NCBI GenBank assembly: GCA_038087875.1
Contig: CM075992.1
Coordinates: 4,714,001-4,778,000 of the forward strand
Length of the DNA: 64,000 nucleotides
Direction of reading: 5' to 3'
From: Malacoraja senta
Taxonomy: Eukaryota
Part shown: one piece after another, positions 34,813-48,253 of the stretch
Layout of the letters: each line of letters opens with the position of its first letter
Position numbering within the stretch: the first letter of the stretch is position 1
Translations under genes and position numbers: made by a program
Notes under the pieces: model-generated
The model's database searches: none
Seen by the model: only the letters and a program-made list of their open reading frames with translations
Told to the model about the DNA's origin: nothing

Positions 34813-37800
34813 ATCATAGACATTGTCAGCTGAAGGGTCTGTTCTTGTGCTGTACTTTTCTATATTCTATATTCTTGGGTTTAAAGTGGTAAGGTTCCTG
34901 ACTGCATTAAGTACAGTCACATGGTCCTTATGTATCCTATTGTGTCTGGTCAGAGCAGGTACGTAAAGGGCAGTCATTTTCTTGATGGTCATTACCGATG
35001 CTAATTCTAGATTCATTGAACTTCTTGCACTTAAGATTTTCAACAGAGACACAAGAAACTGCGGATGCTCGGATCTTGAGCAAAACACAAAGTACTGGAG
35101 TAACTCAGCAGGTCAGACAGCATCTGCGGAGGGAATGGATAGGTGACATTTTGAGTTGGGATCCATCTTCAGTCTATTTCATCCGCAGATGCTGCCTGAC
35201 CCACTGAGTTACTCCAGCACTTTGTGTTAAACACTCCAATAGATGTGGTAGGATGTGAACCCATATTTCTGATTCACTGAATCCTTTCTTTCTTTGTCAG
35301 TCCAATAAACTCATGCAAGATATCTAGTCAAGGACTGACCACTTATTGGAGTATGGAAGCAACAGGTCTCTTTCCATTCACCCCTGTTAAATCCTTTCAA
35401 CCCCCTAAATTAAGTCGCCCTCTTCCATGTACTGTTAGATCTGTGTGCCACTGTATGTAGCATGTTAGTACCTGCACTGATGTAAAGCACTTTGGTCAAC
35501 GAGAGTTATTTTTAAATGTGCTATAGAAATAAAATTGACTTGACTTGACTTGACTTCAATATGTCTTCAGTTGTGTCATCTCTGCATTTACATTGACTCC
35601 AAGCTAGTTCAGAGATATATCATGGAAACAGGCCCTTCAGCCCACCGAGTCCATGTTGACCATCGATCACCCGATCACACTAGTTCTATGTTACCCCACT
35701 TTCTCTTTTATTCCCTACACACTGGTGGCAATTAACAGAAGGCCAATTGCCTGGACCTATTTTCTATGTTTCTATGTAATATCCGTGATTCATTTGAATG
35801 ATACTCAGGAAGTAGAACTTTTCATTTATAGCTTGCTAAAATGGGGAAATGACTCAGATATTAGTCAACCATTGGCTGGAGTAAAGGGGAGAGGAGGGGG
35901 GAGGGTGTCCTTAAATTCCAGGAGGCCCATCCTTGCAGCTGTACACACAGCAGCTCACAGTATATCTCAATATCTGCCTCTGAGGGTGAGTGTCAGCGAG
36001 TGGACCAACTCACTGCGAAAGAAACAAAGAATTCTTTGTAAATTGAATTTCAAGCAGATTGAAATGGGATAGTCACCATGGAAACAAGAAACTGCAGATG
36101 CTAGTTCGTTAAAAAAACACCACAAAGTGCTGGAGTAACTCAGCGGGTCAAGCAGCATCTCTGGAGAACATGGACTGAAGACAGATACCAACACAAACGT
36201 CCGATAGGTGACGTTTCAGCTCGGGACACTTCTCCAGTCTGAAGACCTGAAACGTCACCTACCCATGTTCTTCAGAGATGTTGCATGACCCGCTGAGTTA
36301 CTCCAGCACTTTGTGTCTTTTTCTACCCAGTCATCGTGTTGGGAAACCAATCCTGCCTTCACTCTATATTTGTAGATTTTCCTTCCAATCCTCAATTTCC
36401 TCCTTTCTCGCCACCTCCATCAAGTCCCAAAGTCAACAACTGCTCTCTTACATCCTGTCATGCTGGTGATGGTCCTTATGGATCTCTGCACAATGAGCAG
36501 CAGTGAACAAAGCAATGATGAAAGGAAAGACATCTGCTCATCCAGATGTCCTGTGAATCCTCATTAAATGTCTTTAACTTGACCATGTTTCACAAGAGGC
36601 CATGTCCTCCATGTGTTTTAACTTAATAATCACCCTGTATTCCTTTTAACTTATGCAACAACATTCAATCACAGTGGATCAAGTCCAGGCAGCTTTGATG
36701 TTGGAATTAAGGTCATGTTGGAGCAACAGGTTGAGAAGGGCGTCCCAGTGGCGCAACGGTAGAGTTACTACCTCACTGCGCCAGAGACTCGGGTTCGATC
36801 CTGACTACGGGTGCTGTCTGTACGGAGTTTGTACCTTCTCCCCACGACCGTGTGGGTTTCTCCAGGTGCTCCAGTTTCCTCCCACACTCCAAAGACGTAC
36901 AGGTTTGTAGGTTAATTTTACTTCTGTAAATTGTGAATTCTCCCTAGTGTTTATTCCTAGGATAGTGGTAGTGTATGGGGTCATCGCAGGTCAGCCTGCT
37001 CGGTGGGCTGAATGGGCCTGTTTCCATGCAGTGTCTCCAAAGTCGAGAGTAAAGTCTAAAGAGCCTTGTTGAAGGTATACGGTTTAACTCTGTGGCCCCT
37101 AGTTTAATTAGGACAGAGGTAGAGAGAAGCTCTTTCTATTGGCAAATGGTTCAAGAATCAGGTGCACAGATTTAGAGGAAAAACAATGTAATGGAGATGA
37201 GAGAGAAAAAAATATGCAGAGGATGCAAAGGGCATCAGGGGTTATGGGGAGAAGGCAGAAGAATGGGGTTGAGAGAAAGATAGATCAGCCGTGATTGAAT
37301 GGTGTAGTAGACTTGATGGGCCGAATGGCCTTGTTCTGATCCTATCACTTATGAACATATGAACTTATGATAGTTATTATCTGGAACTCACTGCCAATAG
37401 TTATATTGGATGCTTGGTAACCTGTTGTTTTCATAAGGGAATTGGATAGGACGATGGAAAATAATTTGCAGGGCTAATCTCGAACTTCTACAGGTGCACA
37501 GTAGAGAGCATGCTGACTGGTTGCATCGTGGCTTGGTTCGGCAACTTGAGTGTCCACGAGCGGAAAAGGATGCAGAAATTTGTGACCACTGCCCAGTCCA
37601 TCATCGGCTCTTGACCTCCCCACCATCGAAGGGATCTATCGCAGTCGCTGCCTCAAAAAGGCAGCTAACATCATCAAGGACCCACACCATCCTGGCCACT
37701 CCAAAGACGTGCAGGTTTGTAGGTAAATTGGTTTGGTATGAGTTTAAATTGTCCCTAGTGTGTTGGACAGTGTTAATGTGCAGGGATCGCTGGTCGGTGC

Positions 37801-39951
37801 GGATTCGGTGGGCCCGAAGGGCCTGTTTCCGCTCTGTATCTCTAAACTGAAGTAAAAACTATCCCCTTCCATTTATACCCCTCCCCTTTGGCTTTACACC
37901 TCACTCCTCTTAGACAATAGGCTATAGGTGTAGGAGTAGGCCATTCGGCCCTTCGAGCCAGCACCGCCATTCAATGTGATCATGGCTGATCATCCCCAAT
38001 CAGTACCCCGTTCCTGCCTTCTCCCCATATCCCCTGACTCCGCTATTTTTAAGAGCCCTATCTAGTTCTCTCTTGAAAGCATCCAGAGAACCTGCCTCCA
38101 CCGCCCTCTGAGGCAGAGAATTCCACAGACTCACCACTCTCTGTGTGTGAAAAACTTGTCTCTTGTCTCCTCATCTGTCTCTTTCTCCCCACGCCTTAGT
38201 CACTTACTTTACCCATATGCCAATCACTCCCCCACCGCCCCTCAGATGTATCCACCTATCACTTGTTGAAATAAGGAAGTTCACTTGGTGGGTAACACTG
38301 ACACAAAAGGACACAATGTGCTGGAGCAATTCAGCAGATCAGGCAGCATTTCCGGAGATCATGGATAGCTGACGTCTCGGGTCATGTCGCTTTCACAGAC
38401 CAGACATCTAACACTTGCCAGGCTTTGGCAAGGTTCATCGATCCCCCTCCCCCCCCACCCACAGCTACTACAACCAGCCTGAAGAAAGGTCCCGATCCAA
38501 AACTTCATCTGTCCATTTCCTCCACAGATGTTGCCTGATCTGCTGATTCCCCGCAACGCTTTGCGTTTTGCTCGAGATTCCAGCATCTGCAGTTCTGTCT
38601 TAATTCTATGTTTTCCAGTTTAAATACTAAATAGAAATGTCATACTTCCCCTTTCAAAGTTGAGCAGCGGAGTTCACAGTTTCCTGGTTAACAATGAACC
38701 CTCAACCACCATCATCAAGCCAGATAATGATCATCAGCCTGAAGAAGGGTCTCGACCTGAAACGTCGCCTATTTCCTTCGCTCCATAGATGCTGCTGCAC
38801 CCGCTGAGTTTCTCCAGCATTTTTGTGTACCAATGAGCTCTCAATGACTTGTAATCAAGTAACCCTCGCATTCCCTCTCTCTCCATCATTCCCTCACACT
38901 AGTCGTCTTGCTAGGTTCACTTTTTAGATCCCTTCATTATCACCTCTTCCACAGCCAACAATGGACCATTGTGAACTCCACCTTTCTTGAGTTATCTGTG
39001 CCGGCTGTGATTTGTTCTGCACCTGTTCATAGCTCCAGTTTACCTTCTCCCCTGACTCTCAGTCTGAAGAAGGGTCTCGAACCGAAACGTCACCTATTCC
39101 TTCTCTCCAGAGGTGCTGCCTGTCCCGCTGAGTTACTCCAGCTTGTTGTATCCATCGCTTGTAGTCTGGTGGATACCATCAGGATCGCAGGTTAAGTGAC
39201 AGAAGTTACTCTTACATGTATCTACCCTGCAAGTGTTGGCCATAATGACATGGAACTCGGTCAAATTCACCACAGTTCGTGGTTAGCCCATTCCTTTTTC
39301 AATAACCACTGAATATATTTAAAAATCCAAAATAGATGGATGAAAGGAGGGACAAATTAATCATACTTCCTTTTAATTGATTCATGTGAAAAAATGTAGC
39401 TATGGCAAAAATTCCCCAGTTAGTTTACGAATACATAGTGAGACAGAGAGTGGACACATCATGGCATCAACATGTGTCCAATCAATTTCAGTTCTCTCTT
39501 CCTCTCTATTGTGGCCCAGAATGGGGGATTTTTGTGGTGTTGTCATATTCTAACACTTTGATTTGGTGTAAAGTACTTTATAGTCTTCTGAAGACATAGA
39601 GTCCTAGAGTCATACAGCGTGGAAACAGGCCCTTTGGCCCAACTTGCCCACACCGGGCAACATGCCCCATCTACACCAGTTCCACCTGCCTGCATTTGGC
39701 CCATATCCCTCGAAACCTGTCCAATCCATGTACCTAACTAAATGTTTCTTAAACGTTGCAATAGTCACTGCCTCAACTACCTCATCTGGCTGCTCGTTCC
39801 GTACACCTAGCACCCTTTGTGTGAAAAGTTATCCCTCAGGTTCATAGAGTCATAGAGTGATACAACATGGAAACAGGCCCTTCAGCCCAACTTGCCCACA
39901 CTGGCCAACATGTTCCAGCTACACTAGTCCCACCTGCCCATGCTTGACCCA

Positions 39952-40252
39952 TCTATCTATCTATATCTATCTATCTATCTATCTATCTATATCTATCTAT
40001 CTATATCTATATCTATCTATCTTATCTATATCTATATCTATCTATATCTATATCTATATCTATCTTATCTATATCTATCTTATCTATATCTATACCTATC
40101 TATATCTATCTATCTATCTATCTATATATCTATCTATCTATCTATCTATCTTATCTATATCTATATCTATCTATATCTATATCTATATCTATATCTATCT
40201 ATCTTATCTATATCTATACCTATCTATATCTATCTATCTATCTATCTATCTA

Positions 40253-40299
<47 letters not shown>

Positions 40300-40812
40300 A
40301 TATATAATATTAAAACTCTGTGTGTGTGTGTGTGTGTCTGCTTGACTTGTGCCAGCCAGCCCCTTTGATACCGCGGCTACGCCAACACCGCACGCAGAAA
40401 TGCCGAGATTTTTTCCATTTCGGTAGAGATTTCATTTTTCTTTACGATTAGCCACTCCTGATTACATTTCGTCGTATTTATGTACACATGTTTAAATAAA
40501 ATCCATCACCTCCCCCCCCCCCCCCCCACTCACTCATTTTGTCTCCTCCTGCTGGTCAGCCACCATAACGGCTGCTGTCGACCGCCTCTGCTCCGAAAAC
40601 GAGGCCATCTTTTTTTCGCTAGCGATTTTCACCACGATGTATGAATCACGTTCGGACTCTAAATCCCCGGGTTCTGTAGCACGTTCAGTGTCCAGGGGTC
40701 TGAAGCACGTTCTGAATTTTCACCCCGGGGTCTGAAACATGTTCTGGATCTCACACCCCGGGGTCTTAAGCACGTTCGGTGTCCAGACCCAACGGGTCTG
40801 CACTTGGTCTAG
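39952..40812 (+). mobile_element. Non-autonomous Helitron with expanded 5' (TCTA)n repeat
   Basis: Begins TC and ends CTAG, with hairpin CAGACCC-AAC-GGGTCTG at 40784-40800 just upstream. It is inserted between A and T of a CR1 (gaccca|tatccctc) with no TSD. Confidence 0.85.
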
Positions 40813-41204
40813 TATCCCTCTAAATCTGTCCTATCCATGTAAATGTCTAAATGTTTCTTAAACGTTGTGATAGTCCCAGCCTCAACTACCTCCTCTGGCA
40901 GCTCGTTCCAGACACCCACCACCCTTTGTGTGAAAAAGTTACCCCTTAGATTCCTATTAAATCTTTCCCCCCGCACCTTAAACTTATGCCCTCTGGTTCT
41001 TGATTGGCCCACTCTGGGCAAAAGACTCTGTGAGTCTACGCGATCTATTCCTCTCATGATTTTATACACCTCTATAAGATCACTCCTCATTCTCCTGTGC
41101 TCCAAGGAATAGAATCTTAACCTGCCCAACCCCCTATTGCTCAGACCCTTGAATCCTGGCAACATCCTCGTAAATCTTCTCTGCACCATTTCCAGTGGCA
41201 ACAT
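40813..41204 (-). mobile_element. CR1/HER1 LINE 3' fragment
   Basis: VQRRFTRMLPG...DLIEVYKIMRGIDRVD...RVVGVWNELP. Confidence 0.9.
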
Positions 41205-41887
41205 CTTTCATATAACCTGGTTCCCCTCATGAAAGACACTGCATTAGTGAAGCTCTGATAATCCAGTACAACTAGGATCGATGGCGATTTTTTTCCTTCT
41301 TGTTCTCCCTACTACAATCAGCCTAACAATGGGTCCCCAGCTAAAACGTCAACTCTCCATGTTCCCCAGAGATGCTGCCTGACCTGTTGAATTACTCCAG
41401 CACTCTGTGTCTATCTATGTACGCTGGAGTCTGATGGATAGATTTTCTGGACTATTGGATATTATTCCAATATCTTAATGTACTGTCAATGCTTTATTTT
41501 TAATATGACATTGTGTTATCGTAAGTTGTCTAGTCAACCCAGTGAATTGGAAGTGAGCGCAGGAACCAGGGAATTGGTGAGTTGGAAAGGGCTGTGGGAT
41601 TAGTGGTGACGGGCGGCACGGAGATGCAGCGGGTGGAGCTGCTGCCTCACTGCGCGCCAAAGACCTGGGTTCGATCCTGATTCTTGGTGCTGTCTGTGTG
41701 GAGCTTGCACGTTCTCCCTGTGACCGTGTAGTTTTCCTCGGGGTGTTCTGGTTTACTCCCACATCCCAAAGATTGTAGGTTAATTGACCTCTGCAAATTG
41801 CACCCTGGAGAAATAATATTGAACTGGTGTGAACGGGTGATCAATGGTCAGCATGACCCGATGAGCCGAAGGGCTCTGTATCTCGTA

Positions 41888-42186
41888 GTTTAGAGATACA
41901 GAGCAGAATCAGGCCCTTCGGCCCACCGAGTCCACACCGACCAACGATCCCCGCACATTAACACTGTCCTACATGCACATGGGACAATTTACACTTATAC
42001 AAAGCCAATTAAACTACAAAACTGTACGTCTTTGGAGTGTGGGATGAAACCGAAGATCTCAGAGAAAAGCCCACACGGTCACGGGGAGAACGTACAAACT
42101 CCGTACAGACAGCACCCGTAGTCAGGATCGAACCCGGGTCTCTGGTGCTGTAAGGCTGCAACTCTACCGCTGCGCCACCAGGCCGC
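41888..42186 (-). mobile_element. HE1-type V-SINE
   Basis: Near full-length copy with tRNA head, GGTTTCATCCCACACTCCAAAGAC domain and CR1-type tail. Confidence 0.85.
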
Positions 42187-43671
42187 CTGCTGTATCTTTA
42201 AACAAAACTAAAAAGGTGCACTGCATATGTCACCCAGTGAGCCAGATGCCGTATCCATTGGATAGCAGATTATTGAATTGTTACTGTTGGTGGATGTTAT
42301 TCAATGATTGTTTCCTCTCCCTGGTCCATGTGAGCTCATTTAGAGATAGATTGAGGATGGAGCCTGGAAGTAATTTGGTTTAATAAAAAAGAAACTGCAG
42401 ATGCTGGTATACACCAACGAGAGACTCAAAATGCTGGAGTAACTCAGCAGATCAGGCAGCAAATCTGGAGAAAATTGAGAGGTGATGTTTCGGGTTGGGT
42501 CTGAAGACAGAGGACAAAGGAAATTTATTGTCACTTCCACCAGTTGGTGTAGTGAAATTTGAGTTACCATTGTAGCACACAAATAAAATAAACTCAACAT
42601 TATAGAATTTAACATTCAACATAAAAATCATCCCCCCACAGAGGGATCAACATTTCCCACTGTGAGGGAAGGCAGCAATGTTCAGTCCACTTCCTCCATG
42701 TTCACCCTTGGTCGGGGCCTATTGAGGCCTCCACAGTCGCTGAGGTCCAGATCCCAAAAAATCACCTTTTCATTTTCTGCAAAGATGCTGCCTGACCCGC
42801 TGAGTTCCTCCAGCATTTTGTGTCTATCTTTCGTATGCTTAGTTGGTTTAGTTTAGTAGATGTGGTTTAGATTAGATTAGCCTAGTTCAGTTTAGTTTAA
42901 TTCAGTTTAGTGATACAGCATGGAAACAGGCTCTGGCCCATCAAGCCCGACCTGACAACTGATCATCCTTTCGTACTAGTTTTCATACACTTTCACTATT
43001 CAACTCACCACACACTCAGGGGAATTTTACTCAGGCCAAACACCCTACAAACCCTCGCGTCTTTGAGATGTGGGAGGAAACTGGAGCAACTGGAGGAAGC
43101 CCACACTTTCACAGGAAGAACGTGCAAACTCCACACACACAGCACCCGAGGTCAGGATCGAACCCGGGTCCCTGGCGCCGTGAGGCAGCAGCTCTACCAG
43201 CTGTGTCACTGTGGTTCACTGCCACTGGAAAGCTTTTGCTAAATGAATCACCGGGAAGACATAGTTCAGATCTTATTTTTAGTCTGGATTCCAATCGAGG
43301 CATTATCGGCAATTCAGCTTCAGGAAAAGAGATCTGTTGACGATGCACCAAACCCTGCCCATTGTTGCTCTGCACTCTGCAGGGGCAATGTGGATAGACT
43401 TGGTGGAGTAGAGTGGCAGGAACCTTATCAGGCTAGACAGCAGAATCTGTCGATACAGTCAGCCTTGCCTGTTGGTGCCTCCATTGTCATCGTGGACTCT
43501 GCTTCCTTCCTGCTGGGATGCTATCCTATTTAAACATAACCTCTGGGCAAGGGGGGTATGGGGGCCTGAGTTAAACTTCCATCACCTATCCAAGTTCTCC
43601 AGAGATGCCAGACACAAAACGCTGGAGTAACTCTGCGGGTCAGGCAGCATCTCTGGAGGGAAGGGATATGT

Positions 43672-43804
43672 CTTCTTGCGTATGGCGTGCACGGCCTAAA
43701 GTTGGAAGACAACTTGTTCTGTTTGATCTTGTGTTTGTGCACGCCAGGTTGATTGCATTCGTCGAAACAGGGTGGACCACGTGAAGGTTGCAATCTCCCA
43801 CCCC
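43672..43804 (-). mobile_element. Ribozyme-headed short retroposon, copy 2
   Basis: Imperfect TSD AAGGGATATGT at 43661-43671 and AAGGAATATGT at 43806-43816. It is inserted in a Penelope-derived repeat. Confidence 0.85.
43751..43804 (-). ncRNA. HDV/CPEB3-like self-cleaving ribozyme (predicted, 54 nt, minimal P4)
   Basis: P1 GGGGUGG/CCACCCU (G1.U wobble), P2 GAUUGCA/UGCAAUC, P3 ACC/GGU, L3 UUCACGU, P1.1 C-G and J4/2 ACGAA carrying the catalytic C. Confidence 0.85.
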
Positions 43805-44040
43805 AAAGGAATATGTGACGAATCGGGTCAAGGCCCTTCTTCAGTGAGAGTCAGAAATGAGAGATGTAGGCGGTGATATAGAGAGATATAGAAGAAATGA
43901 ATGATAGGTATGCAAAGAGTAACAATGATCAAGGAAAGATGGAGCCCACACAATGGTGATCAGAACACTGCAGAGATGCTGCCTGACCTGCTGAGTTACT
44001 CCAGCACTTCAATATGAACAGCAGTGACAGCAAGGCAGGA

Positions 44041-44687
44041 ATAGAAACATAGAAACATAGAAAATAGGTACAGGAGTAGGCCATTCGGCCCTTCGAGCCT
44101 GCACCGCCATTCAATATGATCATGGCTGATCATCCAACTCAGTATCCCGTACCTGCCTTCTCTCCATACCCCCTGATCCCTTTAGCTACAAGGGCCACAT
44201 CTAACTCCCTCTTAAATATAGCCAATGAACTGGCCTCAACTACCCTCTGTGGCAGAGAATTCCACAGATTCACCACTCTCTGTGTGTGGAACAAAAATGT
44301 TTTTCTCATCTCGGTCCTAAAAGACTTCCCCCTTATCCTTAAACTGTGACCCCTAGTTCTGGACTTCCCCAACATCGGGAATAATCTTCCTGCATCTAGC
44401 CTGTCCAACCCCTTAAGAATTTTGTAAGTTTCTATAAGATCCCCCCTCAATCTTCTAAATTCTAACGAGTACAAGACGAGTCTATCCAGTCTTTCTTCAT
44501 ATGAAAGTCCTGCCATCCCAGGAATCAGTCTGGTGAACCTTCTCTGTACTCCCTCTATGGCAAGAATGTCTTTCCTCAGATTAGGAGACCAAAACTGTAC
44601 GCAATACTCCAGGTGTGGTCTCACCAAGACCCTGTACAACTGCAGTAGAACCTCCCTGCTCCTATACTCAAATCCTTTTGCTATGAA
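44041..44687 (-). mobile_element. CR1/HER1 LINE 3' fragment
   Basis: LYRVLVRPHLEYCVQFWSP...GDLIETYKILKG...RVVNLWNSLP, with a (TTCTATGT)n tail. Confidence 0.95.
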
Positions 44688-44798
44688 ATCTTTCTTGAAT
44701 TGTTCCCTTCTACAGGATGTGGCCATTGCTAATACAACAGCCACATCCTCAATAGCTTTGGAACCAAGTGGTTGTTTGGCTATTGCAGGGCGCAGTTT

Positions 44799-44935
44799 GG
44801 GGTGGAAGATTGCAACCTTCACCTGGTCCGCCCTGTTTCGACGAATGCAATCAACTCGACGTGCACAAACGGAAGATCAAATAGAACAAGTTGTCCAACA
44901 ACTTTAGGCTGTGCACGCCACACGAAAGAAGAAGA
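44799..44935 (+). mobile_element. Ribozyme-headed short retroposon, copy 3 (ribozyme 44799-44852)
   Basis: GGGGTGG-AA-GATTGCA-ACC-TTCACCT-GGT-CCGCCCT-GTTTCGAC-GAA-TGCAATC. TSD core AGGGCGCAG is at 44787-44795 and 44936-44944. Confidence 0.85.
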
Positions 44936-45206
44936 AGGGCGCAGCTAACCATGCAGCGGTGGGTCTGGAACTACGGGTGGGAATTGAGCGCGGAGGGGGA
45001 GGGGTTGGGAGATCAAGAGTCAAGAGTCAAAAGTCAAAAATCAAGACACAAGTCAAGAGTGTTTTATAGTCTTATGGCTCGTAGCGGAACAATGATTTCT
45101 TAAAGTGCAGGTAGATGGGACTAGGGGAGAAAAAGTGTTTGGCATGGATTAGAAGGGCCGAGAAGGCCTGTTTCCATGCTGTAATTGTTATATGGTTATA
45201 TGGTTA

Positions 45207-45724
45207 AAGGGCCAGTCCCACTTGGGCAACCTAATTGGTGAGTTTAGAAGAGTTTAGTTTGAAAAAAATATCATGTTGAAGACCTCCTTCAACTATGTAG
45301 AAGACTAGCTACGACTAACTTCGGGAAAATTGAACACCGAATAGTGGAGAATGAAGACGACCTCCTTTGACCTCTCTTTGACCTCCGTTTGAGTATGATG
45401 AAGACTATCTACGACTACCTTCGACTACCTTAGACTACCCTCGATTACCTATGAATAATATGCTGACCTACTACGACTAAACTACGAGTAAAAAAAGTAT
45501 TGATTTTTTCCATGGCGACCTTTTTTTACTCGCGGGCATTTTTCAACATGTTGAAAAATACGCCGCGACCTAGCTGAGGCCTCGAGTACACGGGGACTAC
45601 TCTCGAGCATGAAGGAGAGTTACGAAGACCTCCTAGGACCTCGTGTCGACCATGCTGCGAGTATGAGTCGAGGGCAAACTCGCCAGAACTCGCGGATTAG
45701 GTCGCCCAAGTGGGACAGCCCCTT
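45207..45724. mobile_element. MITE of the GGGCCTGTCCCACTT TIR family
   Basis: TIRs AAGGGCCAGTCCCACTTGGGC / GCCCAAGTGGGACAGCCCCTT, with internal CGACTAC repeats. Confidence 0.85.
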
Positions 45725-47621
45725 TAGCTTGCAGCAGTACAACTGATACATAATATATCTGGCAGTACGGTGGCGCAACGGTAGACTTGCTGCCTCACAG
45801 TGCCAGAGACCCGGGTTCAATCCTGACCACAGGGGCGTGTCTCCACAGAGATTGTACATTCTCCCTCTGTGACCGCTTGGGTTTTCTCCGGGATGACCGG
45901 TTACCTCCAAAGACTTACAGGTTTGTAGGTTTGGTATAATTGTAAATTGTCCGCTGGTGTGTGTAGGATAGCGTAAGTGTGTGGGGATCGCTGGTTGGCG
46001 CAGACTCGCTGGGCCAAAGGCGCTGTTTCAGTGCTGTATCACTGAACTAAACTAATCAACGGGTCTGAAGAAGGGTTTAGGCCCGAAACGTTACCTATTT
46101 CCTTCGCTCCATAGATGCTGCTGCACCCGCTGAGTTTCTCCAGCATTTTTGTGTACCTTCGATTTTCCAGCATCTGCAGTTCCTTCTTTAACACTTTAAA
46201 CTAATCAAACTTGTGTTTGTTGTTTATTCCGAGTTTTACAGAATAATATGTTTACATATCAGCTGTGCTGCTGCAAGCAAGAATTTAAATGTTCATCTTC
46301 AGGGGATACACACACACACATATATAAAAAGTCAAAGTCAAAAATAATGCCAAATAGTTTGGAGATTATTTGGAGGTTGTAGTGTTGGTTGTGGGGAAGA
46401 TACTGCTCTTGAACCTGAATGTTGCAGTTTTCAGGCTCCTGTACCTTCTTCCTGATGGTAGGAATGAAATGAGAGCGTGGCCAGGGTGGTGTGGGTCTCT
46501 GATGATGCTGCCTGCCTTTTTGAGGCCAGACTCCTGTAGATCACTTCGACTGTGGGGAGGTCAGTACACGTGATGGACTGGGCAGTGTTCACCACTTATC
46601 ACAATCTTCTTTGTTCCTGCCTGGGCTTATCCTTCCCTTAAGGATAGACTTACCAGAAACACCGTCACTGATATTAGCTCTTTAAGAACAGATTTATTTA
46701 AGTAATTGAGTTCATTCAAATTGCCTTGGGGGGGGGATTTCTTGGATTTATCAATGGAATCTATGAGGCTACAGGTTGTGAACAGAGGTAGGGTGCGGAG
46801 ATCGCAAAAAAAAAAGCATTTGCTTGATCAGATGGAAATGTGGGCAGGGGTTGGGGGGGGGGGGGTGGGTGTGACAACAGGGCTTGATATGGATTCATGG
46901 CCTTAAATGGGAGAGATGGTATTTGGTGGGATAGGCTCAGAACTGAAAGGTCACAAAGATTTTCCACTAGTGGGAGAGTCTAGGACTAGAGGTCATAGCC
47001 TCAGAGATATAGGACATTCCTTTAGGAAGGAGATGAGGAGAAATTTCCTAACCAAAGGGTGGCGAATCTGTGGAATTCTTTGCCACAGAAGGCTATTGAG
47101 GCCAAATCAATTTATATTTTTAAGGCAGAGATAGATAGATTCTTGACTAGTACTGGTATCAGGGGTTATGGAGAGAAGGCAGGAGAATGGGGTTAAGAGG
47201 GAGAGATAGATCCGCCAGGATTGTATAGTGGAGTAGGCTTGATGGGCTGAATGGCCTAATTCTGCTCCTGTGACCTTATGACCAAAGTGATGCATGGTCC
47301 TATCATGCAGCTGAGAAACATTCTGGGTTGCAAGGCACCAAGATCAGCTTAGAAGGGAACGGCTGCTTGTCGAAATGTGTAGGAAGGAACTGTAGATGCT
47401 GGTTTACACCGAAGACAGACACAAAATGCTGGAGAACCTCCAGACAGGCAGCATCTGTGGAGAGAAGGAATGGGTGACATTTCGAGTCGAGACCCTTCTT
47501 CAGACTGAGTGCCAGGGGAGAGGGAATCTAGAGATATGGAAGGGTACAAAGAGCATGTAAGGTGTGAACAGGACGGATCAAAGCAGACAATGGTCACGGG
47601 AATGTAGAATGGTTCTTTGTT

Positions 47622-48253
47622 AAAGAAGGAACTGCAGATGCTGGAAAATCGAAGGTACACAAAAATGCTGGAGAAACTCAGCGGGTGCAGCAGCATCTAT
47701 GGAGCGAAGGAAATAGGCAACGTTTCGGGCCGAAACCCTTCTTCAGACTGATAGGGGGTGGGGGGAAGAAAGGAAAAAAGGAAAAAGGCGGAGGAGGAGC
47801 CTGAGGGCTGGGGGAGGGGAGGAGACAACCAGAGGGCTGATAAAGGGGAGGGGACAGCAAGGGCTAGCAGAATTGGGAGAATTCAATGTTCAAGCCCCCA
47901 GGATGTAGACTGCCCAAGCGGAATATGAGGTGCATGTCTGCCCAAGCGGAATATGAGGTGCATAAATATTCCGGCACCTCATATTCCGCTTGGGCAGTCT
48001 ACATCCTGGGGGCTTGAACATTGAATTCTCCCAATTCTGCTAGCCCTTGCTGTCCCCTCCCCTTTATCAGCCATCTGGTTGTCTCCTCCCCTACCCCAGC
48101 CCTCGGGCTCCTCCTCCGCCTTTTTCCTTTTTTCCTTTCTTCTCCCACCCCCTATCAGTCTGAAGAAGGGTTTCAGCCCGAAATGTTGCCTATTTCCTTC
48201 GCTCCATAGATGCTGCTGCACCCGCTGAGTTTCTCCAGCATTTTTGTGTACCT
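47622..48253. mobile_element. Inverted (fold-back) Penelope terminal repeats with 17-bp TSD
   Basis: Two inverted arms of about 280 bp. TSD TAGAATGGTTCTTTGTT is at 47605-47621 and 48254-48270. Confidence 0.9.

Noticed and set aside
43243..43533. Plus ORF with a hydrophobic start and CC, and a minus-strand ...DCIDRFCCLA* resembling a second defensin
   Set aside because: There is no six-Cys pattern, the minus frame has an upstream in-frame stop, and I found no supporting exon.
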